A program made the translations under genes and the position numbers. This document shows positions 24,859 to 36,235 of a stretch of 52,059 bases of DNA, piece by piece; the stretch's first letter is position 1; every line of letters begins with the position of its first letter. The notes under the pieces are model-generated. The model made no database searches, had not been told where the DNA came from, and was given only the letters and a program-made list of their open reading frames with translations. Origin of the DNA: Octopus bimaculoides (Eukaryota); assembly GCF_001194135.2 (NCBI RefSeq), contig NC_068988.1, positions 11,040,140 through 11,092,198 on the forward strand, given 5' to 3'.

Positions 24859-25349
24859 AATATATGTGTATGTGTTTGCAAGCGCATATATATGTGTGTG
24901 TATGCATACACACAAACACACACATACACATATATTTATATACGTGTGTTTATATATGTGTATTAAAAAGCACTCTCAGAAAAGACTTAGACTATAATGC
25001 CAGTGATTATAACATCTAAAATGCTTATAGGAACTTGGGTAACACGGAAAAGAGTTTTGGGAACGGAACTATGTTATTTTCTCTCCAAGAAACCTTCAAA
25101 TTGCATTATGTGTTAAAAGCACTTAGCTTATCTCACAAGGTCGGTGGAGGACTTGCCACGGTTTTTCGACCTATTTTGCTCTTCTCTTCAAAGTAGCGAA
25201 TACTCTGGCTCAAACTGCAAATGCCTGTTCCGAAAGAGAAATCAGTTAACACAAAATTTATACAAACGTTTTATACAAAAGCGCTTACATTTAATTCGTG
25301 CAGTTGAAACAGGGTTATATTTAAAACTAATAGCGTGAATAATAGATAT

Positions 25350-26752
25350 TTCTACAAGAAGCAAAATGTCTGGAATTTCGGAGAATGGGGGCAAGGCGAT
25401 CGGGTGGACAGCTTAGTCGACACCAGCGGATTTCAACTCAGTGTGTATAACCGAAAGAAATACTGCTAAACATTTTGTCTAGTGCTGACGATACTGCCAG
25501 CTTTGCCACCCTAATTTGGCACAAGGCCAGGAATTTGGGGGCAGGGTGCTACTCAATTACATTAACCCCAGTGTTCAACTGGTACTTAATTTATCGACTC
25601 CCGAAAGGATGAAAGTCGACCTCGGCGGAATTTGAACCCATAACGTGCAGACAAAAGAAATGCGGTTAAGAATTTTACTTGGTGTGTTAAGGATTCTTCC
25701 GGCTCACCACTTTTAACGGCGTGTATAATATTGGTTTACGTTTTCGTTCAATGACAACAAATACAGAATTAGTTGTAAGTCGATTACAACGACACTAGTA
25801 TATAACTGGTACCTATTTTATTGACTCTGAAATGATCAAAGGCAAAGTCGACATCGACCTAACTTGAAATCAGAACGTAAACATGGACGAACCGCCGTTA
25901 ATGCTTTTTCCCGGCTTGCCAACTAGTCTTTTCTGCTGTAGGCACAAGGCCTGAAATTTAGAGGAGTGGACAGTCGATTTCATCAACCCCAGTGTTTCAC
26001 TGGTACTTAATTTATCAACTCCGAAAGGATGAATGTCATAAAAGTCCTCGGTAGAATTTAAACTCAAAGCGCAAAGGCAGACTAAATGCCACTAAACATT
26101 TTGTCCGGCGTGCTAACGATTCTTCAAGCTTACTGCCTTTAATGTTGTGTGTAATATTTTTCGAATCTCGGAACAAGGGTGGCAATTTCGGGGTTTAAGA
26201 CTCGTGGTTTACATCGACCCCAATGCCCAACTAGGACTAATTCTATCCCTGCCTCCGAAATAATGAAAGCAAAAGTTGATCTATACAGAATTTCAACTCC
26301 TAACGTAAAGACGGACACAATACCGCTAAGCATTTTGGCCGACGGTCTCCTGGTTCTGCCAGCTCAACACGTTTAATGTCGTGTATAACATTAATACTGT
26401 CTATATGAATGTGATATAAGACTAGCTGAGATACTTGCACTCGGAGAATATTCTCGAACAGGAAAGTTTACAGAGGCACTGGTCTTCTAAACATCTCACT
26501 GTGCAGTAACTTAAAGAAGGTCAAAACATGCATAATAATTCTTTCTACTATAGACACAAGGCCTGAAATTTGTGAGTGGAGAGTAATCGATTACATCGAT
26601 CCCCACTGTTTCAATGGCACGTAATTTATCAACCCCAAAAGGATGAAATGCAAAGTCAACCTCGGCAGAATTTGAACTCAGAACGTGGGTCGAGCGAAAT
26701 ACTGCTATGCATTTCCTCCAGCGTGCAAACGATTCTAATAGCTCGCCCCTTA
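25350..26752 (-). mobile_element. Head-to-tail array of about 6 diverged SINE family A copies
   Basis: Units at about 25350-25510, 25515-25711, 25745-25926, 25929-26138, 26165-26371 and 26540-26751. ACTGGTAC-type anchors lie at about 25579, 25805, 25999 and 26230. Confidence 0.85.
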
Positions 26753-26761
26753 AAACATGCA

Positions 26762-27012
26762 TAACAAGAGCACTCAGAGCGCGCAAATCTCCGCCGAGGC
26801 AACGCCAACGTCCTCTCAACGATTAGCCGGAGATGATTTTTAAAATGAGAATACCTGAAATAAACTCGACTGCTCTTATAGACAAGACTACTAAAAATGA
26901 ACCCGACCGTTCTCAAAAATTAAGTAAAAAAATCTGGAAAAATATTCCAGATGCCTAGTCCGGTACCGGATCGATCCCAAAATGTAATCAGTTCGTGCCA
27001 GTCATAATGCGA
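26762..27012 (+). mobile_element. Truncated non-autonomous repeat resembling DINE-1/Helentron-associated elements
   Basis: Begins TAACAAGAGCACTCAGAG...CTCCGCC and carries overlapping palindromes TCCGGTACCGGA (26959-26970) and GGATCGATCC (26968-26977). The family assignment is from recalled resemblance only. Confidence 0.35.
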
Positions 27013-27849
27013 CCAACGAAATATTACAACTCATTTGTCAGACTGACATATAGGAATAAACATTTAACTGCGCATACTTATAAATTAGATGCCATTCGAG
27101 AAACTAAGTGTAGAGTATTTGCAGCAATCACTTCGGGTATTTTTACATCATTACCATTTCAATCCATTGAGAATTATCGTCTCTAATCAGGTAGTAATAT
27201 TTAGGTGCAATCTACGCAATAGTAATCGCTATTAAAGCCCTAAGGTGACGAAGAATTACAAGCCGAGATAACTGGCCAATTTTCGGTGCGTTACCCAAAC
27301 AACAAATGTTAACGATTTCAGTTTTCTCCACTGCAAAACCAGTGAAGCATAGCAATATAACTAAGATTCCAATTATCATCTTTAACACTATAAAAAGAAA
27401 CAAATAAACAAATCCTAAGTTGTACATACACACACATACTGACATACATGTATATATATATATATGTGTGTGTATGTATATAAAACTATATATATATATA
27501 TATATATATATNNNNNNNNNNNNNNNNNNNNNNNNNNNNNNNNNNNNNNNNNNNNNNNNNNNNNNNNNNNNNNNNNNNNNNNNNNNNNNNNNNNNNNNNN
27601 NNNNNNNNNNNNNNNNNNNNNNNNNNNNNNNNNNNNNNNNNNNNNNNNNNNNNNNNNNNNNNNNNNNNNNNNNNNNNNNNNNNNNNNNNNNNNNNNNNNN
27701 NNNNNNNNNNNNNNNNNNNNNNNNNNNNNNNNNNNNNNNNNNNNNNNNNNNNNNNNNNNNNNNNNNNNNNNNNNNNNNNNNNNNNNNNNNNNNNNNNNNN
27801 NNNNNNNNNNNNNNNNNNNNNNNNNNNNNNNNNNNNNNNNNNNNNNNNN

Positions 27850-27895
<46 letters not shown>

Positions 27896-28227
27896 TATAC
27901 GTGAATGTGTGTGAGTGTGTATTTATTCCAATGTATCCATGTGTCCCGGGTACTAATTTAAACTGCATCCAGTAGTGGGTTTAATAAATACGAGCGTTCT
28001 AGACTTTCGAGGAATATGGAACCACTATTATTCTCGGGTCTACTTCGGACCAGACCATTAACACTTGTCAATGTACGGGCTGTGGGTTAATTAGCACGTG
28101 AACCACTACTAGTGAGGGAGCCCTAGTTCTGCCTTTAAGAGTTGCATCGTAGAACATAATACCATGATACACAGGCATACACCTTTACATATATATAAAT
28201 GTGAACAGTAATTCTACGATATAGGAG

Positions 28228-28450
28228 TTCATTTGAAGGCGGTGAGTTGCCAGAAATGTAGGCACGCTGGGAGAATGGTTAGCGCTATATAGTCTGCCTT
28301 TGTTTTCTGATTTCAAATTCTGCCGAGGTCAACTTTGCCTTTCATCCTTTCGGGGTCGATAAATTAAGTACCAGTTGTGTACTGGAGTCGATCTAATCAA
28401 CTGACCCCCTTCCCAAAACTTTCGGGCCTTGTGCCTAGAGTAGAAAAGAT
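28228..28450 (+). mobile_element. SINE family A full copy with tail type 2
   Basis: GAAGGCGGTGAGTTGCCAGAA...GAGGTCAACTTTGCCTTTCATCCTTTCGGGGTCGATAAATTAAGTACCAG...GGGCCTTGTGCCTAGAGTAGAAAAG. Confidence 0.9.
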
Positions 28451-28907
28451 ATACGAGTTAATTCGTTGCCGGAGAACATTCGTAAAACGAAAACAAAACT
28501 CGTAAAAACGTTGGTTCGTAAACCGGGTCGATCGTCATAAAGTAAAGTAATATTGTATTTATAAGTGCTTCCTTTCTCTTAAGAAAAAAAAAAACTGGCG
28601 TACAATTGATTTGTGGTCGTCTCAGCATCTGTTGTGCTACTAGCTTTTTTGTAATTTGATTTTTCTATGCAACATTTTAATGTTCTAAATCACTTTCACG
28701 CACAGGAATACCCTTGAACCTCGTGACGTTGGCATGGGCTTACAAGTAACAAGTTTATATAGCGGTCCTTTTTGGTGTTGAGTTCACTTCCACAATGTAT
28801 GTGTATATGTATGTATGCATGTATGTATGTATGTATGCATGCATGTATGTATGTATGTGTGTATGTATGTATGTATGTATGTATGTATGTATGTATGTAT
28901 ACGTATA

Positions 28908-29127
28908 TATGAGGGCGTGCTGCAAAGTTTCTGGCTTTCAGGTAATCGCGAATGGCGAGGCTGAAGGCCCAGGCTTCGGAGATCTTTTACAAGGCGTAGA
29001 AAAACAGAAGGACCACTGCAATAAGTATATGAATCTGAGAGAGGAATATGTTGAATAACATCTTAATTAACTGATCCTCCTGTATTTTCTTCTATCCAAA
29101 GCCAGTGACATTTCAGTGCTCTCTCGT
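28908..29127 (+). mobile_element. Mariner-derived MITE (about 220 bp)
   Basis: Terminal inverted repeats match at 21/30 (ATGAGGGCGTGCTGCAAAGTTTCTGGCTTT versus the reverse complement of 29098-29127). The interior retains the transposase C-terminus GVEKQKDHCNKYMNLREEYVE*. Confidence 0.8.
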
Positions 29128-29146
29128 TTTTCTCGTGTGTGTGTAT

Positions 29147-29153
<7 letters not shown>

Positions 29154-29232
<79 letters not shown>
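29154..29232 (+). repeat. (GA)n microsatellite
   Basis: Direct tract. It produces the ERER and LSLS pseudo-ORFs. Confidence 0.95.
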
Positions 29233-29236
<4 letters not shown>

Positions 29237-32200
29237 CAACTGACACACATATACGCTCATGCACATAATCACACTTACACATGCACACATACACTCTCAA
29301 ATACACTCATATATGAATTTTGTTTTTGCCGAGTTATAATACTTTTACATCAAACTGAAGATTTGTTATACTTTTTAGTAAGGGGATTCCGATAAAGGGT
29401 AGCTAGCCGAAACTTCGAAGTTCCACTAAGCACTAGTAAACGAATATTTAATACTTACATTTCGCGCTGTTCTGGACTGCTCCACCAGTGTTGTTTCTGG
29501 GGTTTCAGAGTGTTTCGGATGTTTCAACAAGAGACATCTTCTTCAACTTCTGATCAACTACCAGCTAGCATCCTAATAGAATTAAACCTCTGCTCTGCCC
29601 TCTTTCTCCAAAACTACCGGACGGAATTATGCATAACTTCAACAATGAAATTTGTAGCCCACATCTAAGCTGTGCCAGTAACTTCATGCCTTCTCAGAGC
29701 ACTGCATAATTAACGCTCCAAACTACACAAGATCGTGTTATTTTAATCCAAATACAGAGAAATTGATGTCAACTAGTATTTGAGATAAGGAAAAATAACC
29801 ACACAAAGGTTCCCTTCGCATTCCGATATACACCATCGTCGATATGCACTGAACATAACTTTATACTTGTGTTATTCTTGTACAAAACTACTCACATAGT
29901 TTAGCATAAACCTACGAAAGAGGTAATGCGAAATTTTGCCAAAATTCCGATACACGTCGGATTAGATTTTTAATGCAGTAAATATTTCTATCCACTCTAC
30001 CCGATAAATTGTGTGATATATATCATAATATTTGCTCTAAGTAAAACTGTTTTCCATTATGCTTGGTACCTATTCCTTTATGTATGTAAGCATGTATGTG
30101 TATATGTATGTATATATGCCTGTGTGTATGTATGTATATCTGTATCTATATCTGTCATAGCAATGATGCAACAAGTCTGCCATATTAGGTCGATGACAAA
30201 TCGTTTCCAAAGCCGAAGATTCTCGACACGAATCCAATGGCAGCTTTGTTAACCAAGAAAGAAAGAAAATGTATCACCAATGCNNNNNNNNNNATATATA
30301 TATATATATATATATATATAAGAGTGTCCGCGTGTGTGTAGCTGCATGTGTATTGATAGCTTATATGAGTCTAATTGAGAATTCCGAGAGTTATGAACAG
30401 GTAGAAATGGAAAGTATATATGGGAGTGAAAGAAATAATGTGCAAGGAGATTGAAAGAAAAATAAACGACGAATAATTGTGATTGAGCTTTGAAACTTTC
30501 AAACTTCGACTTGGACAATTTAGTAGTTGGGAAAGAAATAGATAAGAATCACGAAAGTTATTGGGTATGTGTGAGAGAAAGAAATACCATGTGAATCAGA
30601 GTATTAGAAAGATATTGAAAGAGGGAAAAGTCAGTGTGTAAGAGGGGGAAAAATGTGAGTAAAGCGAGTAGTTTGGTGATAAGTTACAATTGTGATATGG
30701 AGAAATATACTTAGATAGAGAGGAAAAAAAAAGAAAAAGGAGTGAATTGGTGCACTATAATGAAAAATGAAAGAAATGTGAAGAGATTTAGGCTGAACTA
30801 CAAAGCAGATAGATGAAGCGTTGCCACCTAATAAACAGACAGACATGGAAACCGATAGATGAAGTAAAAGAAAATTGGTATGCAAGCTAGTGAGATAAGT
30901 TTAACGATATAAATGAAGAGAGACAGGGAGGAATTTATTGGTTATCGTATTCGCTAATCATCTCTCTTGTTCAGTGGAGAGCTAGATATATGATTTTTTT
31001 TCTCCATCCAGAGGGTTGATAAAATGCTACGAGACACAATCGGCTTGATTTAAAACATTGATCGCTGTTTTCGTTTTCCTCGTTCTATACTTGCACCCAG
31101 TATATAATGTTTTTTTTTTCTTGCCTTCTGTTATATTTTCTTTCAATCTATTTTATCTCCCTTTCTTTCTTTCTGTCATTTCCCCCTCTTTCTGCTTCTC
31201 TCTTTTTCTCTCTCTTTCTCCATATATACAAAGACGTATATCTATATATATATATATATATACATACATATATGAATATATATATATATATANNNNNNNN
31301 NNNNNNNNNNNNNNNNNNNNNNNNNNNNNNNNNNNNNNNNNNNNNNNNNNNNNNNNNNNNNNNNNNNNNNNNNNNNNNNNNNNNNNNNNNNNNNNNNNNN
31401 NNNNNNNNNNNNNNNNNNNNNNNNNNNNNNNNNNNNNNNNNNNNNNNNNNNNNNNNNNNNNNNNNNNNNNNNNNNNNNNNNNNNNNNNNNNNNNNNNNNN
31501 NNNNNNNNNNNNNNNNNNNNNNNNNNNNNNNNNNNNNNNNNNNNNNNNNNNNNNNNNNNNNNNNNNNNNNNNNNNNNNNNNNNNNNNNNNNNNNNNNNNN
31601 NNNNNNNNNNNNNNNNNNNNNNNNNNNNNNNNNNNNNNNNNNNNNNNNNNNNNNNNNNNNNNNNNNNNNNNNNNNNNNNNNNNNNNNNNNNNNNNNNNNN
31701 NNNNNNNNNNNNNNNNNNNNNNNNNNNNNNNNNNNNNNNNNNNNNNNNNNNNNNNNNNNNNNNNNNNNNNNNNNNNNNNNNNNNNNNNNNNNNNNNNNNN
31801 NNNNNNNNNNNNNNNNNNNNNNNNNNNNNNNNNNNNNNNNNNNNNNNNNNNNNNNNNNNNNNNNNNNNNNNNNNNNNNNNNNNNNNNNNNNNNNNNNNNN
31901 NNNNNNNNNNNNNNNNNNNNNNNNNNNNNNNNNNNNNNNNNNNNNNNNNNNNNNNNNNNNNNNNNNNNNNNNNNNNNNNNNNNNNNNNNNNNNNNNNNNN
32001 NNNNNNNNNNNNNNNNNNNNNNNNNNNNNNNNNNNNNNNNNNNNNNNNNNNNNNNNNNNNNNNNNNNNNNNNNNNNNNNGTTTCCGATTCGATTTTAAAC
32101 ATACGCTTAAAAAGTTTGACAAAATCTAACCGTTAACGTTCTGCAGATTTCTCCCTGACAATGCGTCACTTTACTTTGTAAGTTCAACACCCCTGGGGCG

Positions 32201-32379
32201 GCCTTCATTTATATGTGGGATGGTAAATGATCTCCCATTCATGTATTACATCAACAATGATACTTCCCAAGAACGGGTGGTCGTTTTCTTTTTCAATAAA
32301 ATAAATCGATATGAAGACATGTCTGTTGTATGAGCTGAAGAACAATCGTTAAATCGGTTTGTTGCTTTCGTTTTCAATT

Positions 32380-33450
32380 TGAAGCAAATGTATTTGAAAT
32401 ATTCACGTATTGACTTGCTTGATCGTAAAGTTGATACATTATTTAACGATGATTGCGGTGGATCACAGCATCATATTTGTGTGTTTGCGAGAATTATTTG
32501 AGGACGTAGCAAAAATGAAATACATTTTAAAAATCTATGCGCTTGCTCTCGATAATGTTTCATACGCCATTAAACTATGAATCAGCCTCGAGGTTCAATG
32601 AACGCTTCAATGCGTCACCAGAATATTTGATATGACTGCATGAAATGGTGCTTATTCTTTTTGGACATCACCTGAACAATGACCACTTTCTGTGAAGTTA
32701 TGAAGTCGAGAGGATGATTCTTTCAAAAACGTTTGATACATAGTAGTTCATGGAATCGATGCCTGGCCTGTTCGAAGGACAGTTTCGTATTTTCGTCCTT
32801 GTAATGTGTAAGTTTGTGAGGTGTTGTGTCATTTCGAAACGCATATGATCTTACAGTGTGTACTTCATCCATACACGTCTTAAAAACTGTCTCCAGTTAC
32901 TGAACATGTACAAAAGCATTGATTCTAAGATACTGTTGAATGATTTGAATTAGCATGACATGACGTTCACGTTTCAACACTCTCAGAAATGATTACAGTT
33001 ACTGGATTTTTCATGTGCATCACTACAAGCACATAGAAAGGATCTCTCCATCATCATTTTTTTCTCATCAGAGAAGAATTAAAGCATACCATTTTCTCGA
33101 AGACATTTGGCACTGACTAAACGGTTTTCCTGTGCGTTTCGATGCCTGAATTTGGCTCTCACCAGTGTCTAAGATTTACATTGAATATTCGCGAGCACCA
33201 CAGTTCTGATAGTCTATTCCAACACCTGAGTTGTTTGGCTTATGTTAGACTGGGAATCAAATATATTTGATCAAAAATTAGTGGCCGTAGACATGAATGA
33301 ATCTTGCATTAGCTTCGAGACAATTGCAAAATATACGCATGTTTCACTCTTGCCGGATCGAACCGTAGGTAGGGAGGGAACAAAGTGTGGTCAGAAAATT
33401 ATTGATCTCAATATTCTTGGTGCCTAATATTAAGATGGTGGTGCTGGTCG
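32380..33450 (-). pseudogene. Heavily decayed Tc1/mariner (maT/DD37D-like) transposase
   Basis: Minus-strand fragments in the expected order: FSDEK (about 33060-33078), YAFRNDTTPH (like FQQD.AP.H), NHPLDF (like LNPLDY), DALKRSL and NIIESKRIDF (like AVIEA.GG.FE). Many stops and frameshifts. Confidence 0.5.
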
Positions 33451-35205
33451 CAAGTAACAGTAAACTTGTTGTCTTCAAGCAAGTAACCGGTTATGATCTG
33501 ATTCGTGTAGGGAAAACACAGGTTTCAGTTACCCGCGATTAATCACCCGGGCCGCAGTGGTATATTTCATGTACAAGAGGTAACATAGACACAGTATGTA
33601 GAAAAGTGCATTTAAAACTCTCAAAAACCTGCTCAAACGGCTCCAAATCTTGGACACTTACCAAAGGATTTATCTAATGTGTCAATGTGATCTTCGACCA
33701 ACCACTTCAAGTCATCCATATTGTATTCACATAAGAGTATATTTTTAGATCAGCAGACACAGTGCAGTTTCAGATAAAGTTTTTTTTTCCGCTTGGAGTG
33801 ACGGTTTGTTCTGCACAATCTACTTATATAAGAAGAATAGTAACTTAATGGACAGTTGATGCGTTCCACTCAACAAAGCCTATAGTTAACTAGAAAGGTT
33901 TGTTAGAATTTGGTGCTGCACTTCTCTTACGATGGATGTTACAATATAACATTGAAATGCCATACAGAGATATCTAGTAATATTGAAAACGTTCGGTATC
34001 CACATAATCTGAGAAGAATATAGATTTTAAAATGTTCGAGTTAGCAGTTAAAAAGAAAAGATATAAAACATCATGCCAGCCGATATCTTAGTTGGATCGG
34101 CTGTATGGGCGCCTATTCATTAATAAGTTACATGGGTATGAATAGAGCCTCCCGGCAATATTTAAAATGTGCTATGATTGACATTTTGTACAGGTTTTCC
34201 GCTATTGGCATGTGTGCATGCTTTCTATCACTTCATATGGATGCATCGTTATTAATTCACATGGAGATAAATATAAAACAAAATAGAATAATCTTGGACT
34301 GTCAGGAATAGCAATGCATGCAGGCATTTGAAATACACGACATTTTGATGAGATAATGTTGAAATGATTAATCAGTTATGCATATTATTCAATTTTTAAA
34401 TTTTCAAAATCTGTCACTAACTTTACTGGTGACACACGCGAAGTTATTTTCATTCACATCGGATTAAATTTTGAATGAGTAAATTTATTTCATCAATTAT
34501 CATATTGTCTTACAATAGATTACTGCAAGCTACAGATTACACGTGTGACATGTTCTGCATACATAACTCAGATTTATCATGTAAGTATATAGCTTGATAG
34601 ATCTATTTCAGAATAATTTTATGACTCACTTGTCATTCAAATGGGGGATCCTGTAGATATATTGTAATCCAATTGCTATCAAATTGAAATCATTATCATA
34701 TTTGAAAAGCCGCCATATAACAATCTATTATATCAACCTAAAGTATTGACGTTAAGTTTAATCTAAGCATTTAATACAATCTTTTCTAAACGCGGACTGG
34801 TTTGGTCTTATGAAAATAAAGCTGAAGAGTATTTACGTATAAATTTCGACTATTTCAAGCATTGTAATATTCAATTGTCGTCATAATTCAACTAATGTAT
34901 TTCAAATTTCTCTGCACTCTACGTTGCATCTACATTCCATTTCAAATGATTATGAGATTACATTATATACAGGCATATCCTGTATAGCATACAATTTATT
35001 TATTGTGTATTTAAGAATACCTATTTATTTTAAATAGAAAATATTTTGCATTGTCTAACCCTTCACAATTTACCAATGCGGATACGGTTTATATAAACAT
35101 GCAATAGAATAGAAACATTGTTGAACATACTATGTAGTAACAGATTTGAAATAACAACAAAACACCTCCCCACCACAACCCCGCACGTATATTTGTTTGC
35201 ATGTA

Positions 35206-35300
35206 TACACGAGGTGGTGCTGAAAGTTTCCTGGCATTTAGGGTATCGCCAAAGGCTTGGGTTATTCTACAGGGCTCTCGTTGCTTCAGATAATGGCTTA
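35206..35300 (+). mobile_element. Left end of the same mariner MITE family as 28908-29127, truncated
   Basis: ACGAGGTGGTGCTGAAAGTTTCCTGGCATTTAGGGTATCGCCAAAGGC aligns with ATGAGGGCGTGCTGCAAAGTTTCTGGCTTTCAGGTAATCGCGAATGGC. Confidence 0.65.
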
Positions 35301-35879
35301 TGCTTTCGGTGGTGAGTGGGGGCACATGGAATATGAGCAGAATACCACGGGTGTGGCAACCCGAGAACGCTTGGTCTAACCGACGGATTTACTGAACATC
35401 TACGAGTTTTCCGCTTCCAAACATTTATTCCGGTTTCTCGACAGTGTTCCGTATGGCCTTACAACATGCATTGACAAGAAACAGACTTCGTAAACGATGC
35501 ATCTACTCTTTGCGAACACATACAGAGTTTGAACTTCGACCAACCACCCCACCTCACTACTACACAGTGTTCGATATGGCCTTACACTCTGGATCAACAA
35601 CAACCAGACTTCGCAAGGGGCAACAACATATATAATCAGTACCAACTCATAAACAGTACGAACTTAACAACATCGCCCTTTATGAAATATTGTCCTTCTT
35701 GTTAAAGTTATCTCTACTAATTTTCTATAGAAATTATAACCAGCACCGACTTGTTACGCCGTTTCCTATCTAAATACGTCCAATATGAACAGCAACAATG
35801 CGATCGAAGATGGAAAAAGTAGATGATACACGTATGTGCATAATTCAAGAGTCCTTGCCCTCTCTTGAGAATCACATTA

Positions 35880-36235
35880 GACGTATTCGGACAGTAAACG
35901 TTGTAACAATCAATGCCAAAAGCAACATAGTATCGCTTCTGCACAGCCCTATTGGCCAGATTGAGCATCTGCAGACTTCCATCCCTTCCCCAAGATAGAA
36001 ATGCAGCTAAAAGGTCGCTATTTTAACACCATTGTCGAGATCGCAGAAGGCCCCGATTCGCTTACGGAAGACGACTTCCAGGCTGGCTTCGAAAAGTGAC
36101 CTCAAAGTTGGTGCCGGTGTATTGCTGCGCAAGGTGGCTATTTCGAAGGAGATTATATTAAAACTTAGCTAAATCCCTTATGTTTTTTGTTAAACATAGC
36201 TACTCCGGGTATCTTTAGATAGAACCACCTATGTA
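35880..36235 (+). mobile_element. Mariner 3' remnant (transposase C-terminus and right TIR), same family as 49628-50541
   Basis: Translation SPYWPD*ASADFHPFPKIEMQLKGRYF...FQAGFEK*...CIAAQGGYFEGD. DNA similarity to 50230-50520 is clear. Confidence 0.8.

Noticed and set aside
25350-26752. CRISPR-like appearance of regularly spaced repeats
   Set aside because: The units are about 200-bp diverged SINEs in eukaryotic DNA. There are no identical short repeats with unique spacers and no cas genes.
33650-33712. Minus-strand ATG-initiated MDDLKWLVEDHIDTLDKSF followed by G/GTAAGT, resembling a first coding exon
   Set aside because: No downstream exons are identifiable, and the wider translation resembles a decayed Tc1/mariner C-terminus (N.DDLK...). 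It cannot be supported without RNA data.
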